DNA from: Lama glama
Taxonomy: Eukaryota
DNA: 64,000 nt
NCBI GenBank assembly: GCA_028534125.1
Contig: CM052816.1
Coordinates: 100,998,001-101,062,000, forward strand
Reading direction: 5' to 3'
Shown: one piece after another, positions 62,920 through 64,000 of the stretch
Numbering within the stretch: position 1 is the stretch's first letter
Layout of the letters: every line of letters begins with the position of its first letter
Notes under the pieces: generated by a model
What the model saw: only the letters and a program-made list of their open reading frames with translations
What the model was told of the DNA's origin: nothing
Database searches by the model: none
Made by a program: the position numbers and the translations under genes

Positions 62920-63600
62920 AACACCCTCAAACCTAAAATTCCCGGTGGCCCACAGGGCTGGGGGCGTCTGGGGCGGAGGGCTTGGCGGCCTGGGAAGGGA
63001 ATGTAGTCTGCGGAGGAGAAGCGGAGCCCTCGGGCCCGAGCATCCCGCGGCTCCGCCTCTGCGCCCAGCCCCGCGGGGACCGCCGCGTGACCCTGCCGCC
63101 ATCTTGCTTCCTGGCAACAGTCCGGGCGGCAGCGTCGCCGCCCCACTGCGCAGGCCCGGGCGAGGGCGCAGGGGCTGGCGAGGCGTTCTGCCGGCGGGCG
63201 CGGGTGCGTTCTTTCCAGGTGGGGGTGTCCCTGGGGTCCCCAGGGCTGGGGGCAGGGCAGGCTGGGGTTCGGGGCTCCGGGAGGGGGCGTCCCGGGGATC
63301 CCTGGCTTCGGTTTCCCGCGTGGGCTCTGGGCCGAGGTCGCCGCAGTGGGCAGCGGCCTCACTGGTGCTGACTCTGCGGGCCCGGCCCCGGCCCGGACCG
63401 CGTGCCCCCTGCCTCCTGCCCCGCGGACTGGCCGCCCCGGGGTCGCGTGGACGGGGGCCGGGCCGGGGCGCGGGGCGCGCTGGTCCCCGAGCGCGGCCCC
63501 GGAGCCCGTGATCGCGAGCGCAGGGACGCGGGGAAAGGACGTCTGAACGGGACGCGGGAGGCGCTGGAAGCCGTACAAGCCTTCCCCCTCTCCCCCAGGT
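62920..63600 (+). promoter_or_regulatory. CpG island / MRPL36 proximal promoter, non-coding exon 1 and intron
   Basis: YY1 motif GCCGCCATCTTG (63095-63106), ZNF143/SBS-like GGGAATGTAGT (62997-63007), GC box at ~62970, ETS CTTCCTG (~63107), and candidate donor CAG|GTGGGG at 63219. Confidence 0.75.
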
Positions 63601-63611
63601 CCAGCCACAGC

Positions 63612-63890
63612 ATGGCAGCTGCTCTCCTTAGGAAAGTGGTTTCCTCCGCGGGCCCCCTGCTCCGTCTGTGCGGTCGCCCCCTCTCCTCGCTCGCGCCGGG
63701 GCCCCTGCGCGCCGCCCCTGCGGCCCCGCTCCTGTCCGCCCGCCTGGTGCTGGGCCTGCAGCCCGCTCTGGGCTTCAAGACCAAGGGCGTCCTCAAGAAG
63801 CGCTGCAGGGACTGCTACCTGGTGAAGAGGCGCGGGCGCTGGTTCGTCTACTGCAAGACCAACCCGAAGCACAAGCAGAGACAGATGTAG
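63612..63890 (+). CDS. MRPL36: Mitochondrial ribosomal protein L36 (bL36m), 92 aa
   Basis: Sequence [10 protein letters not shown]...[41 protein letters not shown]. It has the L36 zinc ribbon CxxC...C...H after an Arg/Leu/Ala-rich presequence. Kozak context AGCATGG, with splice acceptor CCTTCCCCCTCTCCCCCAG|GT 13 nt upstream (exon starts at 63599). Confidence 0.97.
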   Translation: MAAALLRKVVSSAGPLLRLCGRPLSSLAPGPLRAAPAAPLLSARLVLGLQPALGFKTKGVLKKRCRDCYLVKRRGRWFVYCKTNPKHKQRQM

Positions 63891-63963
63891 CTCCCCGGAC
63901 TGCCAAGCCCCGTGCAGAGTCGTGCCCCTGCCTTGGGAGGTGGTGTCGCCTCATGGAAAGAAA

Positions 63964-63969
63964 AATAAA
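63964..63969 (+). terminator. MRPL36 polyadenylation signal AATAAA
   Basis: Canonical hexamer ~75 nt after the stop codon. Confidence 0.85.
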
Positions 63970-64000
63970 TGTAAACCTCCTGTGGACTCAGATCTGCTGG

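Noticed and set aside
63402-63611. 70-aa N-terminal extension of MRPL36 shown in the ORF track
   Set aside because: It starts at GTG inside the intron, and a strong acceptor at 63598 precedes the true ATG.
62871-63872. 333-aa antisense ORF over MRPL36, and the AAGATGGCGG start-like motif at ~63100
   Set aside because: This is a CpG-island shadow ORF, and the motif is better explained as a YY1 site.

Overview
GC-rich mammalian genomic DNA. It is most likely camelid, judged from the L1 3' UTR types and the absence of recognisable Bov-A/PRE-1/Alu SINEs. There are two assembly gaps (3741-3877, 16466-16965). I can support only two protein-coding genes, both at the right end and arranged head-to-head. 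NDUFS6 is on the minus strand with 4 coding exons (55190-61600, 124 aa; complex I 13 kDa-A zinc-finger subunit). MRPL36 is on the plus strand with a single coding exon (63612-63890, 92 aa; mitoribosomal bL36m). They have CpG-island promoters carrying NRF1, ETS, YY1 and ZNF143-like motifs. The left ~55 kb has no credible coding exons. By synteny with human 5p15.33 it is the intergenic stretch between NDUFS6 and IRX4, with IRX4 itself outside the window. It holds old repeats (MLT1 LTRs, an ERV1-type solo LTR, Charlie1-like DNA transposon, L1 fragments), a three-layer nested L1, small direct, inverted and tandem duplications, and several AT-rich motif-dense islands that look like conserved enhancers. 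The hundreds of ORFs in the track are GC-composition artefacts. I found no convincing novel system. The best leads are an in-frame competing NDUFS6 splice donor, a possible second MRPL36 first exon, candidate IRX4 enhancers, a 76-bp inverted repeat and directly visible AT-to-GC drift. Repeat family names are from memory of consensus sequences and their boundaries are approximate.
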